24,885 nucleotides of DNA from an uncultured virus (IMG/VR IMGVR_UViG_3300027743_000024) (Duplodnaviria > Heunggongvirae > Uroviricota > Caudoviricetes): IMG/VR virus record IMGVR_UViG_3300027743_000024, one strand, 5' to 3'. Shown here piece after piece: positions 17,141 to 24,885 of this stretch. A model generated the notes under the pieces. It had not been told where the DNA came from. It searched no databases and saw nothing but the letters and a program-made list of their open reading frames with translations. The position numbers and the translations under genes were made by a program. Numbering within the stretch: the stretch's first letter is position 1; every line of letters begins with the position of its first letter.

Positions 17141-17696
17141 AAAGAAATCAAAGAATTTTATTCTTCCTATGTTAGGAGTTCCAATTTCTCAATTTGAACC
17201 CCATATAATTGACTGCAATATAATTATAGAAGGGTTTCCAAAGATTGTTGTTATATTTGATAATGTAGATGAAGAGCCACTTAAGATGATTATTTATAAG
17301 CTTCAGAGTGATTATTTGTTTTTAGATTGTGAATATGATGATGATGATAAGGAAGTTGTGTTATTTTTTGATGTCCCCAAGGAATTCAAAAATGATTTTG
17401 AATTGTTTTTAACTGGTTCTTATTCAAAGATGAGTGATGTCTACAAAAATAGACTTGTTCAATACTTTGGTAAGTCTACATGTGAAGACTGGGGACTTGT
17501 TACAATGTGGGATACAATCTATCCTAAAGAACACAAGAAAAAACAAATTGCTGAAAAATATGGAGTTGATTTAGATAAAATATCAGAATTGATTTCAAGT
17601 CCAGATATAGAGCATGAAATTTACAAAACAATAAAAGAATTAAATATTATATATGACAAAGCAGGACAGGGTAGGCACAGTGTTGAGGAAATTTGA
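17100..17696 (+). CDS. Hypothetical protein
   Basis: ATG 17100 preferred over TTG 17082; motifs FILPMLG and F..GSYSKMS; function unknown. Confidence 0.7.
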   Translation: MSKRREINQLIQYKKKSKNFILPMLGVPISQFEPHIIDCNIIIEGFPKIVVIFDNVDEEPLKMIIYKLQSDYLFLDCEYDDDDKEVVLFFDVPKEFKNDFELFLTGSYSKMSDVYKNRLVQYFGKSTCEDWGLVTMWDTIYPKEHKKKQIAEKYGVDLDKISELISSPDIEHEIYKTIKELNIIYDKAGQGRHSVEEI

Positions 17697-17832
17697 TCAT
17701 TTATGGCAAAAGAAGTCAATGACATTTTGTGATGTAATTAAACAAATAACTAACGGTAATTTGGAAATGACTGATGATGAGATAACTCAAGCATTAAAGG
17801 ATATAAATCCAGATGAGAAACAAACAAAATAG
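17653..17832 (+). CDS. Hypothetical 59-aa protein (not in the ORF track)
   Basis: MTKQDRVGTVLRKFDHLWQKK...DDEITQAL...*; ends 2 nt before the sigma factor start. Confidence 0.6.
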   Translation: MTKQDRVGTVLRKFDHLWQKKSMTFCDVIKQITNGNLEMTDDEITQALKDINPDEKQTK

Positions 17833-17834
17833 AT

Positions 17835-18383
17835 ATGATTGAATGTAAACTAGAAGATTTTGAAAATTACAGGAAAGATCTTTTTAAATATGCTTGTAGT
17901 TTATTAAAAACTAGAGGTTTTTGTGCAAAAGATGGTGAATTAAAATGTTTTGGTGAAGATTTAGTACAACAAACTTATTTGCAGCTCCATAGTTGGGGCA
18001 CAAGTAAGTTTGTAAGTGAAAATCATCTAAAGAATTTCTTAACTGGTGTTGTATATAGAGAGTACCTTCAGCTTGTTGATATAAACAGAAGAGGTGCACA
18101 ATATATATTACTTAAGAAAGATGTTTTTGATAAAATGTATTCTGAAGAGTTTAAGCAAATTGATATAAGAAAACATCATAAACCAACACAAGAATTCTTT
18201 GATTGTGTAAGTTCTTTTAAAAAAGAGCTTGATGATAGAGAGGTTCTTATATTAAATGGTTTGCTTGATGGTTATAGTCAAAGAGAAATATCTGAAAAAA
18301 TACATTTAAGCATTACAATAGTTCATACAACTGTTAAAAAAATTAGAGATAAATATAAAAAACATGAAAGCACAAATTGTTAA
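17835..18383 (+). CDS. ECF-like sigma-70 family factor
   Basis: Region-2-like EDLVQQTYL and region-4 HTH LDDREVLIL...GYSQREISEKIHLSITIV. Confidence 0.78.
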   Translation: MIECKLEDFENYRKDLFKYACSLLKTRGFCAKDGELKCFGEDLVQQTYLQLHSWGTSKFVSENHLKNFLTGVVYREYLQLVDINRRGAQYILLKKDVFDKMYSEEFKQIDIRKHHKPTQEFFDCVSSFKKELDDREVLILNGLLDGYSQREISEKIHLSITIVHTTVKKIRDKYKKHESTNC

Positions 18384-18849
18384 ATGTTCAAGTGACACAT
18401 TCTGGTATTCAAATATTTCTTTACCAATTGAAATTGAAGTTGAATGGCACAGAGGTTTTTATAAAATTATTGATGGAGAGTATTCTGGTAAATTTGTAGC
18501 TAATTCAGATTTTATTAATGATGAAGACTATGAAACAAGAGTATTTGGTTCAGGTGCAAAGCGTGATGGAGATGACAATAAACCATATGTTCATAATCTA
18601 CAAGGGTATACCAGACTTAGGTTTGGTTACCTAACTAGAATGGGAGCAAATAAATATGGTGATGGTAATTTCCTTAAAGGAATGCCTAAAGAGGATTCAA
18701 TTAAGAGCCTTGATAGACATTTAGCTAAATACCTTGATGGCGATATGTCAGAAGATCATCTTGCAGCAATTATTTTTAATGTTCAGCTTATAATGCTAGA
18801 AGAAAAGAAAGAAGGGATGCAAGCTGACCATTACTTCTTAATACAATAA
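18364..18849 (+). CDS. dATP/dGTP diphosphohydrolase domain protein (DUF5664)
   Basis: FGSGAKRD, GANKYGDGNFLKGMP, SLDRHL, EDHLAAIIFN. Confidence 0.85.
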   Translation: MKAQIVKCSSDTFWYSNISLPIEIEVEWHRGFYKIIDGEYSGKFVANSDFINDEDYETRVFGSGAKRDGDDNKPYVHNLQGYTRLRFGYLTRMGANKYGDGNFLKGMPKEDSIKSLDRHLAKYLDGDMSEDHLAAIIFNVQLIMLEEKKEGMQADHYFLIQ

Positions 18850-18874
18850 AGAATGCAAATTTTAAATTAAAACA

Positions 18875-19843
18875 ATGACAAAAAGTCAAAAAGTGGTTTA
18901 CAATTGGTTAATGGAAAGACGTGGATATTTAAAATGTTCTGCTAAAGTCATTAATAAAGTGATTGACACTAAGTCTTCTTTAAAAGATATTGGAATTGCC
19001 ATAAAACAAGCAAGATCTGACATCAAATTAGGCGTTAGTGTAATTAGTCCCAATAAAGCTAAAAGCTCTGTTAAACTAGCTAAAACACCTATTAAAAAGA
19101 TTAAGAGGTTATTCTTTGACATAGAGACAAGTCCAAATATAGTTACATCATGGAGAGTTGGTTACAATTTAAATATTGGTCCAGAGAGCATAATTAGAGA
19201 GAGAGCTATTATATGTGTTTGCTGGAAATGGGAAGGTAGCTCTAAGCAATATTCTTTAGAGTGGGATAAGGGTGATGATAAGCAGCTGTTAAAAGAATTT
19301 GTAGAAGTTTTATATGAAGCAGATGAAATATGTGGTCATAATAGTGATAAATTTGATATTAAATGGTTAAGAACTAGGTGTTATATTAATTGCATTCCAA
19401 TGTTCCCATCATATCAATCTATTGATACATTGAAATTAGCTAGAACTGGCTTTTATTTTAATTCCAATAAACTTGATTATCTTGGCAAGGTTTCAGGATT
19501 TGGAGGTAAAGGAGATACTGGAGGAATGCAAACATGGAATAGTATATTGTTTGATAATTGCCCTAAAGCAATGAAGAGAATGGTTCATTACTGTCATAGA
19601 GATATAGATTTATTAGAAAAGGTTTATAAGAAACTTGATAGTTATACTCTTGCAAAAACTCATGCTGGTGTTTTATTAGGTGGAGAGAAATGTTCTTGTT
19701 CATCTTGTGGAAGCAATAATACATATTGTAATAAAACAAGAGTGTTAGCCACTGGTATGATTAAAAAGCAAATGGCTTGTAAGGATTGTGGTAAAATGCA
19801 TTCAGTTTCAGAATCAACTTATAAAAAAGAAAGAGGGGTATAA
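18875..19843 (+). CDS. Stand-alone DEDD 3'-5' exonuclease (RNase_H_2/YprB-like) with C-terminal Zn ribbon
   Basis: FFDIETS (Exo I), GHNSDKFD (Exo II), YCHRD (Exo III), CSSC...CKDC. Confidence 0.85.
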   Translation: MTKSQKVVYNWLMERRGYLKCSAKVINKVIDTKSSLKDIGIAIKQARSDIKLGVSVISPNKAKSSVKLAKTPIKKIKRLFFDIETSPNIVTSWRVGYNLNIGPESIIRERAIICVCWKWEGSSKQYSLEWDKGDDKQLLKEFVEVLYEADEICGHNSDKFDIKWLRTRCYINCIPMFPSYQSIDTLKLARTGFYFNSNKLDYLGKVSGFGGKGDTGGMQTWNSILFDNCPKAMKRMVHYCHRDIDLLEKVYKKLDSYTLAKTHAGVLLGGEKCSCSSCGSNNTYCNKTRVLATGMIKKQMACKDCGKMHSVSESTYKKERGV

Positions 19844-19844
19844 A

Positions 19845-20528
19845 ATGAAAATATGGCACTTTAGTGATTCACACATGCTTCACAGTAGAATATTGGTTCC
19901 AGATGGAATTGAAATGGCTATTTTTAGTGGAGATTGCTCAAATCCAAGAGATAAATACTCTAATGAGCAGGAAGTTCTTAATTTTATAGAATGGTATGGA
20001 AGTCTTAAAATACCATATAAAATTATGATTGCTGGTAATCATGACACATCTATTGAGGCAAAATTTGTCACAAGAGAACAGATTGAGAGTAAGGGAATCA
20101 TATATCTAGAGAATGAATCTAAGGAAGTTGGAGGGTTTAAGATATGGGGTTCTCCTTTTACACCAACATTTGGTGAATGGGCTTTTATGAGATCAAGAGA
20201 CAAGCTACATAATTTATGGCAAACAATACCATTTAATTCTGACATTGTAATAATTCATGGACCTCCAAAAGGAATCCTTGATTTGTCTTATAATAGAATG
20301 AATGTTCTTGAGTTTTGTGGATGTAATGCCTTAAAAAACAGAATGCTTGAAATACAACCAAAATTAATGTGCTTTGGGCACATTCATAACCACAAAGATA
20401 TTATTAATGCTGGTTGGACTAAATTAAATAAATATCAGACAATATTCAGTAATGGATCTTGTGTAACTGATGGTAAATTTGAATATGGTCCAACAAGTCA
20501 TGGCAATGTCTTTGATTTAACAATTTAA
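19845..20528 (+). CDS. Calcineurin-like metallophosphoesterase
   Basis: SDSH, SGD, AGNHD, HGPP and GHIH motifs; ATG 19845 lies right after the previous stop. Confidence 0.92.
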   Translation: MKIWHFSDSHMLHSRILVPDGIEMAIFSGDCSNPRDKYSNEQEVLNFIEWYGSLKIPYKIMIAGNHDTSIEAKFVTREQIESKGIIYLENESKEVGGFKIWGSPFTPTFGEWAFMRSRDKLHNLWQTIPFNSDIVIIHGPPKGILDLSYNRMNVLEFCGCNALKNRMLEIQPKLMCFGHIHNHKDIINAGWTKLNKYQTIFSNGSCVTDGKFEYGPTSHGNVFDLTI

Positions 20529-20539
20529 TAATAAATAAT

Positions 20540-20746
20540 ATGAAGCAAGTTAATAGTTTTCAAAGAAAAAGATATGAAAAAGTTGCAAAAGGTGTATACA
20601 AATACATTAGCTCTACAACAAAAACTGGTAAGGTTTTAACCTCTAAGAATACATATAGAGTTTTAAAAACTTCAAATGGTAAGAAATTTGAAGCTTATTT
20701 TACAAACAAAACAAAAGCTATTCAATTTTACAATAGCATTAAGTAA
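20540..20746 (+). CDS. Small basic protein, possibly AP2/Arm-type DNA-binding
   Basis: GVYKY...TYRV...NGKKFEAYF.....AIQFYN suggests three strands plus a helix; last gene before the terminator. Confidence 0.55.
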   Translation: MKQVNSFQRKRYEKVAKGVYKYISSTTKTGKVLTSKNTYRVLKTSNGKKFEAYFTNKTKAIQFYNSIK

Positions 20747-20748
20747 AT

Positions 20749-20787
20749 AAATAAATCCCCATAGTTTTGCTGTGGGGATTTATTTTT
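20749..20787. terminator. Bidirectional rho-independent terminator
   Basis: AAATAAATCCCCATAG-ttttg-CTGTGGGGATTTATTT with A-rich and T-rich flanks, between convergent gene blocks. Confidence 0.85.
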
Positions 20788-20863
20788 AATAAATAGTTGT
20801 GAAACTATTAGAAATAAAATTACATGAATTAAAGTTTAAATACTTTATGTGGGGTAATTTTTT

Positions 20864-20911
20864 GATATTGGCGAAGTTTTTATTAAAGAAAATTTCGCCT
20901 ATCTTTTTTTT
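20864..20911 (+). terminator. Second terminator-like hairpin
   Basis: GGCGAAGTTTT(20870-80)/AAAATTTCGCC(20889-99), followed by TATC and T8. Confidence 0.65.
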
Positions 20912-20915
20912 ACTA

Positions 20916-23900
20916 TTAGTTGTTTAGTTCTGGTAAAATTTCATCAGATATAATTTTTTGAATCTGACCTAATGGAGCTAATCCTGGAACAACTGCTGGA
21001 AGATTTTTAAACCAGAATTCATTGTTACCTTTTAAGCTTCCTTTCTTAATTTTATAATCACCTAAATAAAAAGCATGAGGTACATTCATTACAACATTTT
21101 TAACATCTGCCATTAATTTAGCTATTGGAAATGCATTTTTTGCCATATTTGTTAAATTTGATGGTTGATAAAAATATAATAAATCCTGGCTCATTCTATT
21201 AAGCAATGTTAATTGAAGCTTTATAAATGGGTTTCTCATTCTTTTTTTTCTTTCATCATCATCACCTTTTAGTCCAGCAGATATAAGCAATATAGTTCCA
21301 ATCATAATTAATTCAGCTATATTCTTTCTCATATTATATATCTCTACAGCTGTCATGTTCCCTTTTGCTAAAGCTTTTTCAGAGCTTATAATTGGAAGAA
21401 ATATATTAGAAAATGTGTTATTAACACTACCAGACATAAATATATTTCTTGATGCAGATCTATATCTACCTTCTGTTGCAGATTGCAATCTATCATCCCA
21501 TTCTTTTGCATCACCAAATCTTGCTTCAATTGCTGCAGGTATCCATTTTTTAAATTGAATTGCGGCTCTAAATAAAACCATTTGTTGCAATGTAGATGCT
21601 TCTCTCTGAGAATACCTACCATGTATTTGTGCATTTAACTTTTGAATTTTATTTGATAATTCAGAAGATTCTTTTTCTGTGATTGCATCACCTTTAGCTG
21701 TATTTGTACCATCTGCATTCATATATCCCTCATGAATTAACATTGCAAGCATTGTTCTTGATTGTAAATAAAGCTCTCCTCTTTTTTGCATTATATACAT
21801 CTTTTCAAGCATCTTTGCAGATGAAATCTTTTTTTTATCTGCTGTTAAATTTTCTCCAAGATCATAATCAGCTAACTCTTGCAAAGGGTTTAATTTTATT
21901 AACCAACTATGCATTAATGAACTTTTATCTGAATTTGTATAACTAATCTGTCTAAAAAATATATTACTTGCAGAATGTAATTCACTAAATGTAAAATGCT
22001 TTCCACCTACTGCTTCAATAATGTTTGACATGTCTCCAAACATAACATTGGCAATTGCAGTTATTGGAGACAATCCAATTCTTAATAAGGAGTTTAATTT
22101 AAGGCCTAAATCTACTAATGCCTCAATTCTAATTTGTTTATATCCTATTTGATTTCCATCTTTATCATATATTTTTAAAAACTTAAGAGGTATTGGCTTC
22201 ATTTCTTCTTTTTTCATTTCACCCTTAAGTTGCATATCTATGACAATTTGTGTCATTTTAAAAGCATTACTATTTTCACCAAATACTTTTCCTTTACCAT
22301 TTGAAGATATAAGTTCTCTAGGAACAACTTCTCCGTTTTCATTTTTTATATATTTTATTTGTTCTTGCAAAAGTCTAGTTTCTGGCAATGCAGCTGATAA
22401 TTCAGCATGATTATTTGCATATGCTGCAAACTCAAGCAATCCACTTCCAAGATCTCTAGACTTTTTATCAGAATCAATTTTCTGTCTAAACATAACAGGT
22501 ACAGCATCAGCTAATAATTCTTCATTAGATGAATAACTGTCAAATAAAAAGTTTTCTGTTGGTATAACTCTCTTTAAATCTGAAACTAAATCTGACTTAA
22601 CTTTATTAATCATATAAAATTTACCAACTTTATATGGTAAATTATATTCTGCATTTGCAAGAACCTCTTGATAGAAATTATAAAAATGTAAAAGTTCTGG
22701 AGTGTTGTTTATTTTATCAAATGCTGGATTTGTTTTACCATTTTTAGTATACTTTCTTGTAAGCTCAAGTGTACCAAATGCATTTTCTTGTATAAATAAA
22801 TCATAAACTTCTTGCAATTTCATTCCATTGTCTTTACCCCAAGCTGAAAGCTTGTCAACCTCTAACTGAACAACTTCTTCTAGTTCTTTGTTTTTAACAG
22901 ATGCTTTGTTTTGAGCATTCTTAATAACATAACCTATTGTTTTAACAAGTTGACTCATTGAGTCAAGTAATGAACCAAAATTCTTTGCAGACCATCTAAT
23001 ATCTTTAGTATCTTTATCTATAGACTTTTCTGTTATAGGAGTTTTAGATGTATTGTATTTATTAGCTGTATTTAGATTATGTTTTACAATGTGTGGATAA
23101 AGATCCTTTCTCAGGCTTCTTATTCTATCAGTTATATTAATTTCTGCATTACCACCAAAGTCTTCAAATGTATTTAATATATCAAATGCACTAACAATGT
23201 TTTCCATTGTATATTCATCTATTTCATCTGGAAAATTCTTTATAAAGTTTTCAACCCAATCAAGATGTTCTTTAGCCATAGCTATGTATTCATCTCTATC
23301 TTGGTCTTCATTTGCCTGATTAAATCTTGCTATTAAATTATTTAATTCAGTTTCTAATATAGTATATTGATCAGTGCCTGGAGAAACTTTAAATAGATTC
23401 TTTTTTAATGTATTTATTCTTCTAATAAAAAACACATATTGTTCTTTAAATGCAGGTTCAGGCTTATCCCTTTTTTTCTCTTTAGATTCATCTTCTTTGC
23501 TTGCAAATGTTTCATAAACATCTTCTTGCATTGAATTATAGACAGCTTCAGCTCCTTCTTTTTGATCTTCAATAACATTTGATGCAACTGAAAAAGCTTG
23601 TTCATATAATGAATTTGTTCTACCTATATTAACAAGGCTTAATATATAGTCAAATATCTCTTGAAATAAATTATCATATTTAGATATATTTTTAGATGCT
23701 TCTATATCTTTAAGTTTCTTAATTAATCTAGGATCAGTAAATAATGCTACAATAAATTCATCAACATTTGTTAATCCATAGAAATCTTCTTTATCTAATT
23801 TAGATATTGCATATTCATATAGTTTTTGAAAATCTTTAGAAACTGTTGAGCTATCTCTTAATTTATTATGTGTTAGACTGTGTAATATCTCATGCAAAAT

Positions 23901-24593
23901 AACAGTTTCTACACCACTAGCAAAGTTTGCATTTTTGGCAATATATATAGTATTTGTACTTCTATCATAATATGCATTTGCTTTATTCTTTGATTCATAA
24001 TTAACAATATTTCCATCTTTCATATTATAATTATCTACATCTTCTAAAACAATTTTTAAGTTGTTATATTTAGAATATGTAATTAATTTAGCAGCAAGTT
24101 TTGCTAGTATGTGACCAGATGAGCCTATTTTTTTAAGTATATCTACAGCTGTAGTTTCATTTGATTCAGCAAAATACTTTTCTTTTATCAAAGGATCTTT
24201 ATAACTTTTTTTCTTTTCTTTATTAAATAGTTTAGTTTGTGGAATTCCTGGAACTAGTTCTACTCTGTAAGCATATTCTGTTTCAATGATTTTTATCCAA
24301 TCAATGTCTTGCAATGTAAGCTCTTTATCTAAAGCATCAAATGCTGCTTTATTCTTTTGATAAGCTTTACCACCACGCAGATTGCCTGCTATTGACTTTT
24401 CAGTCATTATCTTTGGTATTGTATAGAACATTTTCCCATTAGATGCTGTGAATCTATTTACAGATATTAAACCAGCATCCTGAAGCTTATACATCACATC
24501 ATAATATTGTGTTGCTAATCCTTCACTTCCGTTATTAAGTTTCTTAAGAAGCTTATATAACTCACTTTTCTTATTTGGACATGATAAAGCCAT
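20916..24593 (-). CDS. Large putative virion cargo or ejected protein with zincin-like metallopeptidase domain
   Basis: 1225 aa; ANAYYD..TNTIYI...ILHEILH...NVDEFI zincin pattern, mostly helical elsewhere; terminal gene of the opposite-strand block. Confidence 0.7.
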   Translation of the reverse strand: MALSCPNKKSELYKLLKKLNNGSEGLATQYYDVMYKLQDAGLISVNRFTASNGKMFYTIPKIMTEKSIAGNLRGGKAYQKNKAAFDALDKELTLQDIDWIKIIETEYAYRVELVPGIPQTKLFNKEKKKSYKDPLIKEKYFAESNETTAVDILKKIGSSGHILAKLAAKLITYSKYNNLKIVLEDVDNYNMKDGNIVNYESKNKANAYYDRSTNTIYIAKNANFASGVETVILHEILHSLTHNKLRDSSTVSKDFQKLYEYAISKLDKEDFYGLTNVDEFIVALFTDPRLIKKLKDIEASKNISKYDNLFQEIFDYILSLVNIGRTNSLYEQAFSVASNVIEDQKEGAEAVYNSMQEDVYETFASKEDESKEKKRDKPEPAFKEQYVFFIRRINTLKKNLFKVSPGTDQYTILETELNNLIARFNQANEDQDRDEYIAMAKEHLDWVENFIKNFPDEIDEYTMENIVSAFDILNTFEDFGGNAEINITDRIRSLRKDLYPHIVKHNLNTANKYNTSKTPITEKSIDKDTKDIRWSAKNFGSLLDSMSQLVKTIGYVIKNAQNKASVKNKELEEVVQLEVDKLSAWGKDNGMKLQEVYDLFIQENAFGTLELTRKYTKNGKTNPAFDKINNTPELLHFYNFYQEVLANAEYNLPYKVGKFYMINKVKSDLVSDLKRVIPTENFLFDSYSSNEELLADAVPVMFRQKIDSDKKSRDLGSGLLEFAAYANNHAELSAALPETRLLQEQIKYIKNENGEVVPRELISSNGKGKVFGENSNAFKMTQIVIDMQLKGEMKKEEMKPIPLKFLKIYDKDGNQIGYKQIRIEALVDLGLKLNSLLRIGLSPITAIANVMFGDMSNIIEAVGGKHFTFSELHSASNIFFRQISYTNSDKSSLMHSWLIKLNPLQELADYDLGENLTADKKKISSAKMLEKMYIMQKRGELYLQSRTMLAMLIHEGYMNADGTNTAKGDAITEKESSELSNKIQKLNAQIHGRYSQREASTLQQMVLFRAAIQFKKWIPAAIEARFGDAKEWDDRLQSATEGRYRSASRNIFMSGSVNNTFSNIFLPIISSEKALAKGNMTAVEIYNMRKNIAELIMIGTILLISAGLKGDDDERKKRMRNPFIKLQLTLLNRMSQDLLYFYQPSNLTNMAKNAFPIAKLMADVKNVVMNVPHAFYLGDYKIKKGSLKGNNEFWFKNLPAVVPGLAPLGQIQKIISDEILPELNN

Positions 24594-24885
24594 TATAAAC
24601 CGCAGATTTTATTTTTTAATTCTCCCATTTCTTCATTATTTGTAACAGGTGTTTCATTTATTATTTTTTGAGCAGCCTCAAATTCTGGCCCCTCTAAAAA
24701 TGAACTAACATCCATTAGCAATTCTTCTTTCTGTTTATCAAATTTAGGATTGCCAACTAATATAGTCTTTTTTTCTGACTCTTGCAACTTTTCAGTAGAT
24801 TCTTTAACACTAGTAGATGGTTGAGTTTCACCTTTTTCTTCTTTAGTCATAAAATCAGATAAATATTTATTAGTAGTAATTATTT
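24593..24885 (-). CDS. 3' end of a larger gene truncated by the window edge
   Basis: The frame stays open from ATG 24850 to the window edge (IITTNKYLSDF precedes M). Its TAA overlaps the next ATG (TAATG). Confidence 0.7.
   Translation of the reverse strand, partial: IITTNKYLSDFMTKEEKGETQPSTSVKESTEKLQESEKKTILVGNPKFDKQKEELLMDVSSFLEGPEFEAAQKIINETPVTNNEEMGELKNKICGL

Noticed and set aside
17336..17350. (GAT)n microsatellite
   Set aside because: It simply encodes a poly-Asp run.
114..20245. Short - strand ORFs in the track, and the nested + strand ORF 13376-13582
   Set aside because: They are shadows of well-supported + strand genes, with no motifs.
20501..20516. Second sigma-54-like site TGGCAATGTCTTTGAT upstream of ORF 20540
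   Set aside because: It lies in coding sequence, has GA instead of GC at -12 and a weaker -24 box; insufficient alone.
21355..23605. Short ORFs within the 1225-aa gene
   Set aside because: Antisense or alternate-frame shadows with no independent support.
1..24885. Stop-codon reassignment (TAG or TGA), as in some crAss-like phages
   Set aside because: Conserved genes are full length in the standard code, and TAG and TGA occur at plausible gene ends (1230, 2308, 6967, 13575).
1..24885. CRISPR array, tRNA, integrase or transposase
   Set aside because: No regularly spaced repeats, cloverleaf or recombinase motifs were seen, and the intergenic gaps are mostly too short.

Overview
Very AT-rich, densely coding phage DNA in the standard genetic code, most likely a crAss-like (Crassvirales-type) phage of a Bacteroidota host. 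This rests on gene content and order, A-rich leaders without Shine-Dalgarno sites, and a Bacteroidota-type ClpS; no database search was run. On the + strand, 49-7781 is an accessory protein-remodelling cluster: a metallopeptidase-VWA protein, a ParB-N-like protein, ClpS, a MoxR-type AAA+ ATPase, and four hypothetical proteins sharing one motif. The ATPase is split by a group I intron (4262-5517) carrying a GIY-YIG/NUMOD1 homing endonuclease, with a sigma-54-like promoter just upstream of the endonuclease. 7759-20746 is a replication and nucleotide-metabolism module: ligase, SF2 helicase, initiator-like protein, DnaB, AAA_24 ATPase, SSB-like protein, primase, HNH nuclease, 5'-3' and 3'-5' exonucleases, sigma factor, DUF5664 and a phosphoesterase. 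No DNA polymerase is visible in the window. After a hairpin-rich convergent intergenic region, the - strand carries a 1225-aa zincin-motif virion-cargo-like protein and the 3' end of another gene.
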